From assembly GCA_965197905.1 (NCBI GenBank), contig CBDAOB010000005.1:576001-640000 (forward strand): 64,000 bases of DNA, written 5' to 3'. Positions 30,793 to 41,200 of the stretch are shown piece after piece. Every line of letters begins with the position of its first letter. Within the stretch, counting starts at the first letter, position 1. A model generated the notes under the pieces. The model was not told where the DNA came from. It saw only the letters and a list, made by a program, of their open reading frames with translations, and did not search any database. This DNA is from Candidatus Latescibacterota bacterium (GTDB lineage: Bacteria > Latescibacterota > UBA2968 > UBA8231). The position numbers and the translations under genes were made by a program.

Positions 30793-31968
30793 TCAGATAC
30801 GACCGAGTCGGCGATCCTCAGCTTCGAGCCATTCGCCATACTCTCGAGGCATCTCCTCCGGTGCCCCGAGACCGTGTTCGCGGCGCCAGCGCATAAGCGG
30901 TTGTGAGCGATCTTTTTGCGGGAGATCGACGCGGCGACCGTATGCCGCGGATTCGAGGATACCCATCATTACCTCCACCACATGGCGCCCTTCCTCACCG
31001 CTGGACTCGTGGGCGCGGCCTTCGTCCAGCGCGCTTACGAACTCGTCGACGTACCAAAGGTCGTCCACGGTGCTCGCTCCATCCGGCTTTCTGCAGTCCG
31101 GGAATATCGGCTCGAGATCTTCCCATTCTTCCACGGTAGCGCCCCCAGGGGCGTAATGAGTCGCCGGCAGGAACATGCCCGCCTTCTTCTTCTCATCGTA
31201 TATCAGGTTGCCCGCCATCAGGCGCCCTTCGGTTCCGCAAAACTCCATCACCGGATTTACCGCGGTTGGATAACGGTGCTGCAAGAGATCGCCAGTGACA
31301 CCGTTGTCGAAGTCGAGGGTGGCGGTCAGGTGTTCGCCGGCGACGATGCCCATGCCGCCTGCCGAGGGTATGACATCATCGGGGGTGATAGGGTGACCGT
31401 CGGTCATACCGGTAGCGGTGACCCTGCGGCAATCGCCGCCGATCTTGAGCATCATGTTGATCATGTGCGTCCCGATGTTCATGAGACCGTACCCGCCGTA
31501 GTAGAACTTGCCATAGCCAGAGATGTGGCGCAGCTCACCGATGCGTCCTTCCTCGTATGCCTTCGCCACCGAGCGCATGATCGCGCCCGAACGGCCCTGG
31601 TGGTGAACGGCGATGCGGACACCTTTCTCTTCCGCTTTCGCAACCACCTCGTCCGCTTCCTCCAGGTCGACGCAGATCGGTTTCTCGATATCTATGTGGA
31701 CGCCGTACTCGAGCACGCGCATGGCCAGCGGGTGGTGGAACTCAGTTCCCGTGGGAATCGCCACGATGTCGGGTTTGGTTTCTTGAATCATAAGGTCCAG
31801 GTCGTCGTAGCGCGCTTCGACGCCAAGCTCATCGCCAAGCTCGTTGTAGCGTTCAGGCAGCAGGTCGCAAAGGCCGACGAGATCGGTGCGGGGGTGATCG
31901 TAGTAGGCGCGGGCGGCTGAACCGCCTCGACTGCGGCAGCCTAGAATGGCCACCTTGTAGGAATTCAT
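30793..31968 (-). CDS. Gfo/Idh/MocA family NAD(P)-dependent oxidoreductase
   Basis: VAILGC, PDIVAI, IEKPI, GRIGEL, GTHM, GTEG. Confidence 0.85.
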   Translation of the reverse strand: MNSYKVAILGCRSRGGSAARAYYDHPRTDLVGLCDLLPERYNELGDELGVEARYDDLDLMIQETKPDIVAIPTGTEFHHPLAMRVLEYGVHIDIEKPICVDLEEADEVVAKAEEKGVRIAVHHQGRSGAIMRSVAKAYEEGRIGELRHISGYGKFYYGGYGLMNIGTHMINMMLKIGGDCRRVTATGMTDGHPITPDDVIPSAGGMGIVAGEHLTATLDFDNGVTGDLLQHRYPTAVNPVMEFCGTEGRLMAGNLIYDEKKKAGMFLPATHYAPGGATVEEWEDLEPIFPDCRKPDGASTVDDLWYVDEFVSALDEGRAHESSGEEGRHVVEVMMGILESAAYGRRVDLPQKDRSQPLMRWRREHGLGAPEEMPREYGEWLEAEDRRLGRI

Positions 31969-31982
31969 GGGGAGGTTGGCCT

Positions 31983-32954
31983 CTATGCCTTCGACATGAC
32001 CTCGGGGTTTACCAGGAACTCGGGCTGTTCGCCGCGGAAAATAGCGGCCATATCGCGGGCCATGGAGCCGAAGATGTTTTCGGTGGAGCGAAACGTGACG
32101 CCGAGCGAGTGGGGTGCGGTCAGACACTTGGCGCGCTGAAAGATCGGGTGGCTGACATCGGGCGGCTCAGGCGAAAAAACGTCGAGACCCACGCCCGCGA
32201 GACGACCATCCGCCATCGCCTCCTCCAGCAGATCGAGGCTTTCAATCAACTCGCCCCTTGCCATATTCACCAAATAACAGTCCTGCCTAAGAAGGCCGAG
32301 CAATTTGCCGTTGATCAATCCCTTGGTTTCATCCGTAACGACGGCGTGAACGCTGATGAAGTCGGATCGCTCGAACAGCTGCTCGAGAGACACCAGCGCT
32401 GTTTCCAATTCCTCAGCCACCTTTGATTCCACATACGGGTCGTGGGCCAGAATGGTGCACTGAAACGGCTGGAGCATCGTTGCCAGCAATTGGCCGATGC
32501 GGCCGAAGCCAACGATGCCTACCGTAGCGCCGTCTAGATCGCGGGTTCTGGTTTCGAATCTACTGTGCCAGTTGCCCGCTTTCAGCTGACCATCCCAGTA
32601 GGAAAGATCCTTACACAGGGCCAGCATCAAGGACATGGCGCCTTCCGCCACCGCGCGCGCCCCAGCCCCTGGAGTGAACACCACCGGGATGTTCTTGGCG
32701 GTGGCGGCGGCGATATCGATGTTGTTGTACCCCACGCCGCAGCGAGCGATGACCCGCAGTTTCTTGCCGGCCTCGATTACCCGTGCACTGCCGACCCCTT
32801 CGCCACGGACCACGAGGGCCATAGCGTCCTCGACCTGTTCGATCAGGGTTTCCTCCGCGAAATCGGGAGCTATGACGATCTCCCCGTACTCCTCGAGGAT
32901 TCGGATCGCCAGGTCGGCTATGGGGCCGGTGGCGAGAATCTTTTCTTTAGACAT
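31983..32954 (-). CDS. D-isomer-specific 2-hydroxyacid dehydrogenase (SerA-like, no ACT domain)
   Basis: RCGVGYNNID, AVAE, GIVGFGRIG, NMARG, LDVFSPEP, APHS. Confidence 0.9.
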   Translation of the reverse strand: MSKEKILATGPIADLAIRILEEYGEIVIAPDFAEETLIEQVEDAMALVVRGEGVGSARVIEAGKKLRVIARCGVGYNNIDIAAATAKNIPVVFTPGAGARAVAEGAMSLMLALCKDLSYWDGQLKAGNWHSRFETRTRDLDGATVGIVGFGRIGQLLATMLQPFQCTILAHDPYVESKVAEELETALVSLEQLFERSDFISVHAVVTDETKGLINGKLLGLLRQDCYLVNMARGELIESLDLLEEAMADGRLAGVGLDVFSPEPPDVSHPIFQRAKCLTAPHSLGVTFRSTENIFGSMARDMAAIFRGEQPEFLVNPEVMSKA

Positions 32955-33136
32955 CGTGGCCAATTCTCCCATGGTCTCGAACGAACAGCGGGCTAATCTA
33001 GGCTTGTGAGCAAGGAGGGTCAACCAATGCTCTGCGCAGGCTGGCTCAAGATGTGATCGTGAGAGATGAAGCTGGAAAGGTTGTTGGGAAACGCCGGCTG
33101 AACAATATTAGTCCAACGCATTTCAGAGTGTGAAAG

Positions 33137-34099
33137 ATGACTTCCTTTAACGAATCCGCCAAAAAAACCAGGGCCTGGCTCGAGGCGAACTTCGACCCGG
33201 ACGGTAGCTGCCGCATCAATCCCGAGGACGCCCGGTACTACATGAAAACCCCGTATATGATGACCATGGCGGGTATGCGCGAGAGAGGAGCACGGGTCGC
33301 CCAACAGGTGATGACACGGTTCGTCGGAGATGTCGGCGACTTGGTCTCCTCGGCGCCCCTGGAAAATCGAATCTACGCCATGGGCTGGCTCGTACTGGGT
33401 GCGGTGGTTGCTGAGCGCTTTGATCTGGCACATGTCCTGGCTGATCGGCTCGAGCATTATCAGGACCGCCAAAGCGGGGGAATCGTGCTGCAGGATGAGG
33501 ATGCGGGTGAGGAGGTGGCGGAGGTCTGTTTCTCAGGGGGCGCCGGCATGGCGCTTGCGGCCGCGGGGCGCCTCGAAGCAGCGCGAAGGATGGCCAACAC
33601 CTTCGAAGCGCTTATCGTCGTGCAAGGCGCGGCGGGTTGCTTTTACAACCGCTTCCGGCGGGACGGATCTGTGGTGTTGCGAAAAGCGGGGGGCGAGTGG
33701 GAGAAGGCGTATGATTTACAGCAGGACGAACAGCGTCCCGCCAATTTTGCCACGGTGATCAACACATTGGTGTGGACAGCGCGAGCTCTGCGCGAGGAAG
33801 GTTATTTGCGAGCAGCTCGGAAATATGTTGATCTGGTATATCGGCACCGGCGGAATCCGGCACAGTTTGGGCGCGCCACCAAGTTCGGCTGGTCCATCTT
33901 GAATCTATATGCGGAGACCGGCGACACCGATCTGCTGGAGCGCGCCCGTGAGCTGGGGGAAGTATTGGTGGCAAAACAGAGCCACGACGGGCTCTGGAAC
34001 CCCCAGCCGGGAAACGTGGAGGACGCTCCCGCCTGGGCGCGACTGTCCTATTCCTCTGACTGTGCCATGACCATCTTTGCCCTAGCGAACCTAAGCTAA
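33137..34099 (+). CDS. Hypothetical protein, possible alpha/alpha-barrel (prenyltransferase/QW-like repeats)
   Basis: Helical sequence with NFDPDGS, YQDRQSGG and KQSHDGLW segments. Confidence 0.5.
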   Translation: MTSFNESAKKTRAWLEANFDPDGSCRINPEDARYYMKTPYMMTMAGMRERGARVAQQVMTRFVGDVGDLVSSAPLENRIYAMGWLVLGAVVAERFDLAHVLADRLEHYQDRQSGGIVLQDEDAGEEVAEVCFSGGAGMALAAAGRLEAARRMANTFEALIVVQGAAGCFYNRFRRDGSVVLRKAGGEWEKAYDLQQDEQRPANFATVINTLVWTARALREEGYLRAARKYVDLVYRHRRNPAQFGRATKFGWSILNLYAETGDTDLLERARELGEVLVAKQSHDGLWNPQPGNVEDAPAWARLSYSSDCAMTIFALANLS

Positions 34100-34120
34100 T
34101 AGCCAACAGAAAGGGTTGAA

Positions 34121-34879
34121 ATGACCGAAGATATGGACCCCAGGCGCCATCTGGAACTGGAAGGTACCGTAAATACGAGGGATGTGGGTGGGTACGAAAC
34201 TCGCGATGGCCGGCATACCAAATGGGGTGTCCTTCTGCGCTCCGATTCGCTGCACGAACTGTCGCCGGCCTCCAAGCAAGTGCTGGTGGATTTCGGATTG
34301 AAATCGGTGTTGGACCTCAGGAAGAGTGCCGAGATGCAGAAAACGCGGAACGTGTTCTTCGGCTCTGACACGGTCGATTACTATCACCAGAACATGGTAG
34401 GCGACACTCTCATGCGGGAACGGGAGCATATCCCAGAGGAGCTGGATTACGTCGAGCATATGCGGTGGTCCTACTCGGTGGTGCTCGATCGCCGCAGATC
34501 CCACATACAGGATACCCTCTCACTGTTGGCGCGTCCGGGGACATTGCCCGCACTGGTTCACTGTGCCGGTGGCACCGAACGCACCGGTCTGATCGTCGGG
34601 CTGGTTCTGGGCATCGTAGGAGTTCCCGAAGAGACCATCACGGAGGATTTCGCGCTGACCGCACGATTCACCTATGCCAACTACCTGGAGAAACATCCCG
34701 AGCTATCGGCCGACAGCTACACGCTGGAAGATCATCAAGCGAAAATATGCCGGCCCGACACCATGCTGGCCGTGCTCAGGACGCTGGAAGAGCGTTATTG
34801 CAGCGTTGTCGGGTTTGCCCGCCATATCGGTGTGAGCGAAGAGGAGATGGAGGCCCTGCGGGACGCTCTCCTGGAGTAG
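34121..34879 (+). CDS. Protein-tyrosine phosphatase family (IphP/Y_phosphatase3)
   Basis: NTRDVGGY, LRSD, LDLR and CX5R P-loop HCAGGTERTG. Confidence 0.9.
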   Translation: MTEDMDPRRHLELEGTVNTRDVGGYETRDGRHTKWGVLLRSDSLHELSPASKQVLVDFGLKSVLDLRKSAEMQKTRNVFFGSDTVDYYHQNMVGDTLMREREHIPEELDYVEHMRWSYSVVLDRRRSHIQDTLSLLARPGTLPALVHCAGGTERTGLIVGLVLGIVGVPEETITEDFALTARFTYANYLEKHPELSADSYTLEDHQAKICRPDTMLAVLRTLEERYCSVVGFARHIGVSEEEMEALRDALLE

Positions 34880-34973
34880 TGCCTCGCTAACGCAATAACA
34901 TCACGCGCATTGTCGCCCCGCACCAGGTCGCGGAGAAGCAGAGTTCGCTGAACCTTCCTCGACTACGGTCCCC

Positions 34974-37142
34974 TTGCCCATTCACTCTGAAGACCTTGGT
35001 TTTGCACCTCCTCACCGGCCCACAAAGGTGTTCGGACTGCATGGATATCTTTCCCATGCCAGCGTGTCACGGGGACATCAGCTGGAGATACATGCGAGCA
35101 ACGATGGCCCACTACACCTTCAGCTGCTCCGACTTGGGGTCGGCAAGGTGAACCGGCAGGCCGACGCGATTTCATCGACGGTCCCCATATCCGACCTGGG
35201 TCGCGTCGACTGCGACGAGCGGCCTGTTCATTGCGGAAGTTATGTCCATGTAGCCGACGTGTCCGTTCCTACTGTGTTCGGGTTGGAGGTCTGGTTTCGA
35301 CAGCTGGCTCACCGGGGATGTGCGGGGCTCATCTCCCACGATCGTTTTGCGTTGTCGCTCGGTGCGGAAGGCAGGCTCGAATTTCGCCTCGGTGAAGCGG
35401 CCATCAGGGCGCCGGATGCCCCCTCCTTGAAGATCTGGCATCACGCCTGGACCCAATGCAACGCAGACAAGATCGAATTATTTCTGGATGGCGACCTCGT
35501 GGGCAGTGCGAGCATCCAGAGTGGATCAGAGGGAGCCGGCGGCAGGGAGGGGACGCTCCGCATGGGTGCCTTGCTCAACGACAACAACGAGGCAGATCAT
35601 CTGCTCACCGGTGATCTCTGTGCGCCAGCAGTCTACGACCGGGTGTTCAGTGCAGAGGAAATACGGCATCGCTTTCGCACCAAAGAGCTGGAGCCCGCTT
35701 CCGGTTGCATCGGCCACTGGAAGTTCGATGGCCTGCACGGTCCGCCGTTCCGCGATACCTCTGGCTCGGGGCGGCACGGCCAAGGTGTCAACTATCCGCT
35801 GCGCATGATACCGGGGCCAGGACTGCAAGAGGAACAACCCTGGGCGGAGTTCGATCCGACATCCGACCCGAACCATGGCCACGCCGTGCGCCTGATGGCG
35901 GATCAGCTGGTGGACTGCCGCTGGCCCCAGGTCCTGACCTGGACGGTTCCGGACGATCTGCCTCAAGGCCAGTATGCCATGCGGCTTGAGAATGAAGGCG
36001 GAGACTCGAGAGACCTCCCGTTCATCGTGAGGGCAGCGAAACCTGCTGCCACGCTTATGGTTCTGTCGACGACGGGCACGCGTGTGGCCTACAACTACAT
36101 GCCGTTTGGTGATCCGGAATTGGACTACGGCGCATATCTGAATCATCCCAGCTATCCGATCCTTGGGCATCTGCTCGGTCAACGGCGACCCGCTCGGGGC
36201 GACCCCTATTTCTACCAGGTGGTCAATTTCGAGCTTCCCTTGTGCGCCTGGTTGGATCAGCATCGTATACCGTACGACCTGTATAGCGAGTGGGACCTGG
36301 AGTCGGATCCATCGCTGTTGGTTCATTATGCTGCGGTGGCGTGGGCGGGTCACTGTGAGTACTGGACGGCCACACGGTATGAGGGGTTGTGTCGCTTTCG
36401 CGATCGGGGCGGTCACATCTTGTCGCTCTCTGGAAATACCTGCTTCTGGCGGGTCAGTATCGATCTCGAGAACGAGGTCATGGAGGTCCGCAAGCACGGT
36501 GCCGAGCAGGCCCGAGATAGCTGCATAACCGTAGATGCCATGGTAGACAACTCCCATTGGCACCAGATGGATCACCAGCCGGGCACCCTGATGCAGGCAT
36601 CGGGTTGGCCCCAGTACCGGTTGGGCCTGGGCATGACCAATGGTTGGTCAGTTCCCTGTCGCATCGACGGCGATAGCGCCGGCTACGAGGTGCTGGAGCC
36701 GGAGCACCCCTTGTTTCGCGATCCCCACGAGGTGTCGGTCGAGACTCCGTTTGCCCCCGGCGGCGCCGGTTACGAGACCGATGTCAGCTACCGGTCAATG
36801 GTAGACCGATTCGGCGAGGCTCAGAACCCGGTCCGATCGCCCCGACCGTCGCGGTCTGATGCGAGCACGGAGGGCGCAGCGAAAAACAGCGGCGCCGTAC
36901 TCGCGCGGGCGCGCCTCCAGGACGCTCTTGTCCTGGACCTCGACATGAACAGCACCATCGGCGAGCTGTGGTCCGAGATGCAATTCGGAGAATCGGAAAC
37001 TGGAGGCATCACTTTCGCCGCCGGCAGCTGCATGGCGGCGCTGGTCCTTCTGGAGGATCGGAACTTCTCCAATTTCATGCTCAATGTTCTGCATCGAATG
37101 GGCTTGAACGAAAGTCGCACGAGCGGAGCTGCCGCAAGTTGA
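34974..37142 (+). CDS. N,N-dimethylformamidase large-subunit-like protein with LamG domain
   Basis: LamG segment (WHH, LFLDG, YDRVFSAEEI); WTVPDDLPQGQY, PFIVR, AYN, GHCEYWT, GGHILSLSGNTCFWRV, GYETD. Start uncertain. Confidence 0.75.
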   Translation: MPIHSEDLGFAPPHRPTKVFGLHGYLSHASVSRGHQLEIHASNDGPLHLQLLRLGVGKVNRQADAISSTVPISDLGRVDCDERPVHCGSYVHVADVSVPTVFGLEVWFRQLAHRGCAGLISHDRFALSLGAEGRLEFRLGEAAIRAPDAPSLKIWHHAWTQCNADKIELFLDGDLVGSASIQSGSEGAGGREGTLRMGALLNDNNEADHLLTGDLCAPAVYDRVFSAEEIRHRFRTKELEPASGCIGHWKFDGLHGPPFRDTSGSGRHGQGVNYPLRMIPGPGLQEEQPWAEFDPTSDPNHGHAVRLMADQLVDCRWPQVLTWTVPDDLPQGQYAMRLENEGGDSRDLPFIVRAAKPAATLMVLSTTGTRVAYNYMPFGDPELDYGAYLNHPSYPILGHLLGQRRPARGDPYFYQVVNFELPLCAWLDQHRIPYDLYSEWDLESDPSLLVHYAAVAWAGHCEYWTATRYEGLCRFRDRGGHILSLSGNTCFWRVSIDLENEVMEVRKHGAEQARDSCITVDAMVDNSHWHQMDHQPGTLMQASGWPQYRLGLGMTNGWSVPCRIDGDSAGYEVLEPEHPLFRDPHEVSVETPFAPGGAGYETDVSYRSMVDRFGEAQNPVRSPRPSRSDASTEGAAKNSGAVLARARLQDALVLDLDMNSTIGELWSEMQFGESETGGITFAAGSCMAALVLLEDRNFSNFMLNVLHRMGLNESRTSGAAAS

Positions 37143-37144
37143 GC

Positions 37145-39091
37145 ATGGACCCACACAAGTCGGCAGTGCAGCCCCGGATTACCCTGAGGGCGCTCCTTCT
37201 TGGAGCCCTCACCATAGGTCTCACGTTCTATTACGCTATCACGGAAGTACAGGGGCAGGGGGTCGGCGGTTTCGTGCTGTCGCAGATGCCGATTCTCGTG
37301 CTCGTGCCTTTCTTCACCTGGCTGTTCCTGAACGTGGCCCTCAAATGGCTGTGGCCTGCCATAGCTCTCAGAAGAGATGAGCTGCTGACGATCTTCTGCA
37401 TGCTTTGGGTGGTCGGCACCGTCCCCCACATAGGATGGAGTGGCTATTGGGTGATCGTGCTAGCGATTCCCACCTATTTTGCTTCCGCGGAGAATCAGTG
37501 GGCCGAGGTGTTCTTTGACCTGATGCCGTGGCACCTTTTTCCGGAGTCCTCGGCGAGAGTCATAGACGGGGTCTGGCAGGGGCTGCCACAAGGGGCGGAG
37601 ATTCCGTGGGAGGGGTGGTTGGGGCCGATTGCGCAGTGGCTCGGGGTCTCTATGGGGCTGGTGGTGTTCGGGTTTTGTCTCGTTGCCGTCTTCCAGCGTC
37701 AGTGGGAGGCAAGAGAGAAACTCACCTTTCCTCTGGCGCAGCTGCCGCTAGATCTCACCGCCGGATTCGATTCCAGCCGTCGACTACCCGACATCTTTCG
37801 ATCGAGGTTATTCTGGATCGGTTTTTTTCTGGTTTTCGGCGTCGTGGTGTACAACGTCGCTACCTATTTCTCTCCTGGAATAAGACCTATGGGGATCTAC
37901 TGGGAGATGTACGAAATCGAGTTCCCAGAGCCGTATCCCTCCATCCGCGTGCGTATCATGCCTCTGATCATGGCGGTGACCTATCTCTGTCCGTTGGATA
38001 TCCTCGGCAGCATGGTGCTCTTTCACCTCCTGGCCAAGGGCAAGATGGGTGTCATAGACCGGCTAGGCTTGAGTTTTGGAGAAGAGGGCCGAACCCTGAC
38101 ATCCAATACGGTGCTGCACCTGGAGAGTTATGGGGCCATGATCTTTATCGGCTTGTGGTCCGTCTGGCTGGCCCGTGGCCACTTGCGCCGCGTTTGGCAA
38201 CAGGTGCGTCTGGGCTCCGGCGATCGGGCCGATGTGCGCCTCTACCGCCTCGCCGTTGGCGGATTGCTGCTGTCAGCCCTCTACGTGGTGAGCTGGCTGA
38301 TAATGTTGGGCATGAGTCCACAGCTGGCGGTATTGGTTTTCCTGGTTACGGTTTTGACCTATCTGGTCATCGTCAAGCTGATCGCCGCCACCGGGTGCGC
38401 TTACCTGCTCACCGATTGGGGGCATGTGAAGGCAGAGTCGTTTGTGCACCATCTGCTGGGTACCGAGCGCCTGTCGCCACAGGACATCGTCGGTTTCGGG
38501 ATTTATACGAGCCGCAGTTTTTTTGGTAATCTGCGCATACCGGCGTGGCCATCCCTGCCCCACGTGTTGCGAATATTTCCGCTGCGAGATCAGCCAGGTT
38601 GGGTTACAGCGCTCATTTTCTTGGCTTTTCCAGTCGGTTTTCTGACAGCGGTGGGGGCTACCCTCGAGATGGGGTATGTCAGGGGCGGGCTGGTGTCCAG
38701 CGCCGGCGGCGCCATCGGCGAATACGACCAGATTGCCCGCTTGATTCAAAACCCGACCGCAACCGATCCGGACCGTTGGGGCGTTTTTTCGTTTGGTCTG
38801 CTCGAAGCGGCCTGTCTGGCGTTTCTCCGCGGACATTTCCACTGGTTCCCGCTGCATCCGGTTGGCGTCGCGTTCCAGAACACGATCGTTTCCTCCCGCT
38901 ACTGGTTCTCGCTCTTCCTGGTCTGGCTGGTAAAGCTGATGCTGCTGCGCTACGGCGGAGTCCGCGCCTACCTCACCGCCAAACCGTTTTTCTACGGTCT
39001 CGGAGTGGGGTATGTTTCCGGCGTCATCCTTTCGGTCACCGTGGATCTGATCTGGTTCCCCGGCGGCGGTCATCTCATCCACAACTGGTAA
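37145..39091 (+). CDS. DUF6785/DUF6784-type polytopic membrane protein; paralog 2
   Basis: ITLRALLLG, QRQWEAREKLTFPLAQLP, YLCPLDILGS, WFPLHPVG, KPFFYG; ATG lies 2 nt after the upstream stop. Confidence 0.75.
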   Translation: MDPHKSAVQPRITLRALLLGALTIGLTFYYAITEVQGQGVGGFVLSQMPILVLVPFFTWLFLNVALKWLWPAIALRRDELLTIFCMLWVVGTVPHIGWSGYWVIVLAIPTYFASAENQWAEVFFDLMPWHLFPESSARVIDGVWQGLPQGAEIPWEGWLGPIAQWLGVSMGLVVFGFCLVAVFQRQWEAREKLTFPLAQLPLDLTAGFDSSRRLPDIFRSRLFWIGFFLVFGVVVYNVATYFSPGIRPMGIYWEMYEIEFPEPYPSIRVRIMPLIMAVTYLCPLDILGSMVLFHLLAKGKMGVIDRLGLSFGEEGRTLTSNTVLHLESYGAMIFIGLWSVWLARGHLRRVWQQVRLGSGDRADVRLYRLAVGGLLLSALYVVSWLIMLGMSPQLAVLVFLVTVLTYLVIVKLIAATGCAYLLTDWGHVKAESFVHHLLGTERLSPQDIVGFGIYTSRSFFGNLRIPAWPSLPHVLRIFPLRDQPGWVTALIFLAFPVGFLTAVGATLEMGYVRGGLVSSAGGAIGEYDQIARLIQNPTATDPDRWGVFSFGLLEAACLAFLRGHFHWFPLHPVGVAFQNTIVSSRYWFSLFLVWLVKLMLLRYGGVRAYLTAKPFFYGLGVGYVSGVILSVTVDLIWFPGGGHLIHNW

Positions 39092-39257
39092 GGGCGATCC
39101 GGTCGCCTTCACAGACCCGATTTTTTAGATTAACACAGGCTGCTGAGTACCCTGCCCGCGGCCTCATATCCGACCGCCCATACCGGAGGCTTCACGTTCT
39201 GCAGCGATAGGGGCCGCGATTACTTCCGTTCCGCCAAGTTCCCATCCCAATCTCAAG

Positions 39258-41195
39258 TTGGAGACCGACGACACGCCAGCGATTACCGCCCGAGCGATAA
39301 TTCTCGGAGCACTAACAGTTGCTGTCGCCCTCTATTATCTGATTACCGAAATCGCCGGACGGGGCATGGGTGGGTTCGTCGCTTCGCAGTTGCCTATGGT
39401 TGCGTGGGTGCCGTTCGTGCTCTGGCTCTTCGCCAACCTCGTGCTGCACCGCATGTGGCCCAGGATTGCGCTTCGCCGCGGCGAACTGCTCACCATCTTC
39501 GCCATGCTCTGGGTTGTGGGCGCGATCCCGCAATGGGGCTGGGTGAGCTACTGGGTCATGTGGCTGGCCGTGCCGCCCTACTTCGCCTCTCCGGAGAATC
39601 AATGGGCAGAGACCTTCTTCGATTACCTCCCCTGGCACGCCTTTCCGGATACCTCCCCGCGGGTGCTGCACGGTCTCTGGCAGGGGTTGCAGGAGGGGGC
39701 GCCGATCCCGTGGGAGGCGTGGATCGGCCACACAGCCAACTGGCTCGGGGTCTCCCTGGCGATGGTGGTCTTCGGCTTCTGCATGGTCTTGCTGCTGCAG
39801 CGCCAATGGGAGGTACACGAGAAGCTCACCTTTCCCCTGGCGCAGCTGCCTCTGGACCTGACCGCCGGATTCGACGATAGCGTGGGCGTTCCTCTGATTT
39901 TTAGGAAACCGCTGTTCTGGGTCGGCTTCTTCGTCGTGTTCGCTCCCGGTCTCTACAACATCATTACCTATTTTACTCCAGGCCTGCCCACGATTGAGCT
40001 ATATTGGAAGTGGTACACCGCCGAACTGCCCCCAGGTTATCCCGAGCTCTACTTTCGTGTCATGCCGCTGGTCATTGCCGTGACCTATCTCTGTCCGCTG
40101 GATATTCTCGGAAGCATGGTGGCATTCGCGGCGCTCGCTTTTCTCAAGGGTTCGCTGATGGGCCGGTTCGGCTTCTCTCTCGGATCCGAGGGGCAGCCGT
40201 TGGAGTGGGGCAGAATTCTACATCTGGAAAGCTATGGCGCCATGCTTTTCCTGGGGCTATGGTCGATCTGGCTTGCCCGTGGTCATCTGCGTCGCGTCTG
40301 GAGGCAGGTGCGACACGGTGTGGGAGACCGGGGAGAGGTGGCCCGCTATCGCTGGGCTTACCTCGGCCTGGTGCTCTCCAGCATCTACGTGATCACCTGG
40401 GCCGTGGGTCTGGGCGTCAGCCTGCCGCTGGCGATATGCGTGTTTGTGGTGATGTTTCTCACCTATCTGGTTCTCATCAAGCTGATCGCCGCCACCGGCT
40501 GCGCCTACCTGCTAACCGACTGGAGCCACATGAAGGCGGAAACCTTCGTACAGGAGCTGATCGGCAACGCCAACCTGTCGCCGCAGAACTACGTCGCCTT
40601 CAAGGTGTTCGTCGGCCGCGCCTTCTTCGGCAATCTGCGCATTCCGACATTGCCGGCCCTGCCCCACGTCTTCCGCATTTTCTCGTTGAATCGGCAGCCA
40701 GGGTGGGTAACAACCCTCGTTTTTGTCGCCTTCCCGCTGGGGTTCGTGGTGTCGGTCATAGCAACCTTGGAGCTGGGTTACACCCGGGGAGAGCTGATCT
40801 TCGAATCAAGGGGGGTCATCGGCAACGTCAACTACATCTTCGTCTATCTCGACAATCCGACCGAGCTGGATCTGCACCGCTGGGCAGTCTGGTTCCTCGG
40901 GTTCTTCGAGGCCGCGGCGCTCGCATTTCTGCGCTCGAGGTACTATTGGTTTCCGTTGCACCCGGTCGGCCTGGCGTTTCAATGGACGATTGTCGCCATC
41001 GTCTACTGGAGCACGTTGATGCTCGTCTGGCTGGCCAAGCTAGTCATCCTTCGTTTCGGCGGCGTGCGCGCCTACCTCGCTGGCAAGCCGTTCTTCTACG
41101 GGCTGGGAATCGGCTACGTGGTTACGGTCATTGTCTCGGTGACCGTGGACCTGATCTGGTTTCCCGTCGCCGGTCACAGGATACACGGCTGGTAA
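39258..41195 (+). CDS. DUF6785/DUF6784-type polytopic membrane protein; paralog 3
   Basis: Same motifs: ITARAIILG, EKLTFPLAQLP, YLCPLDILGS, WFPLHPVG. Confidence 0.75.
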   Translation: METDDTPAITARAIILGALTVAVALYYLITEIAGRGMGGFVASQLPMVAWVPFVLWLFANLVLHRMWPRIALRRGELLTIFAMLWVVGAIPQWGWVSYWVMWLAVPPYFASPENQWAETFFDYLPWHAFPDTSPRVLHGLWQGLQEGAPIPWEAWIGHTANWLGVSLAMVVFGFCMVLLLQRQWEVHEKLTFPLAQLPLDLTAGFDDSVGVPLIFRKPLFWVGFFVVFAPGLYNIITYFTPGLPTIELYWKWYTAELPPGYPELYFRVMPLVIAVTYLCPLDILGSMVAFAALAFLKGSLMGRFGFSLGSEGQPLEWGRILHLESYGAMLFLGLWSIWLARGHLRRVWRQVRHGVGDRGEVARYRWAYLGLVLSSIYVITWAVGLGVSLPLAICVFVVMFLTYLVLIKLIAATGCAYLLTDWSHMKAETFVQELIGNANLSPQNYVAFKVFVGRAFFGNLRIPTLPALPHVFRIFSLNRQPGWVTTLVFVAFPLGFVVSVIATLELGYTRGELIFESRGVIGNVNYIFVYLDNPTELDLHRWAVWFLGFFEAAALAFLRSRYYWFPLHPVGLAFQWTIVAIVYWSTLMLVWLAKLVILRFGGVRAYLAGKPFFYGLGIGYVVTVIVSVTVDLIWFPVAGHRIHGW

Positions 41196-41200
41196 CGCGG

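Noticed and set aside
40004..41200. N-terminal ~400 aa of the 1047-aa ORF
   Set aside because: Arg/Ala-rich shadow frame overlapping paralog 3; the real gene starts at 41201 by homology with the other paralogs.
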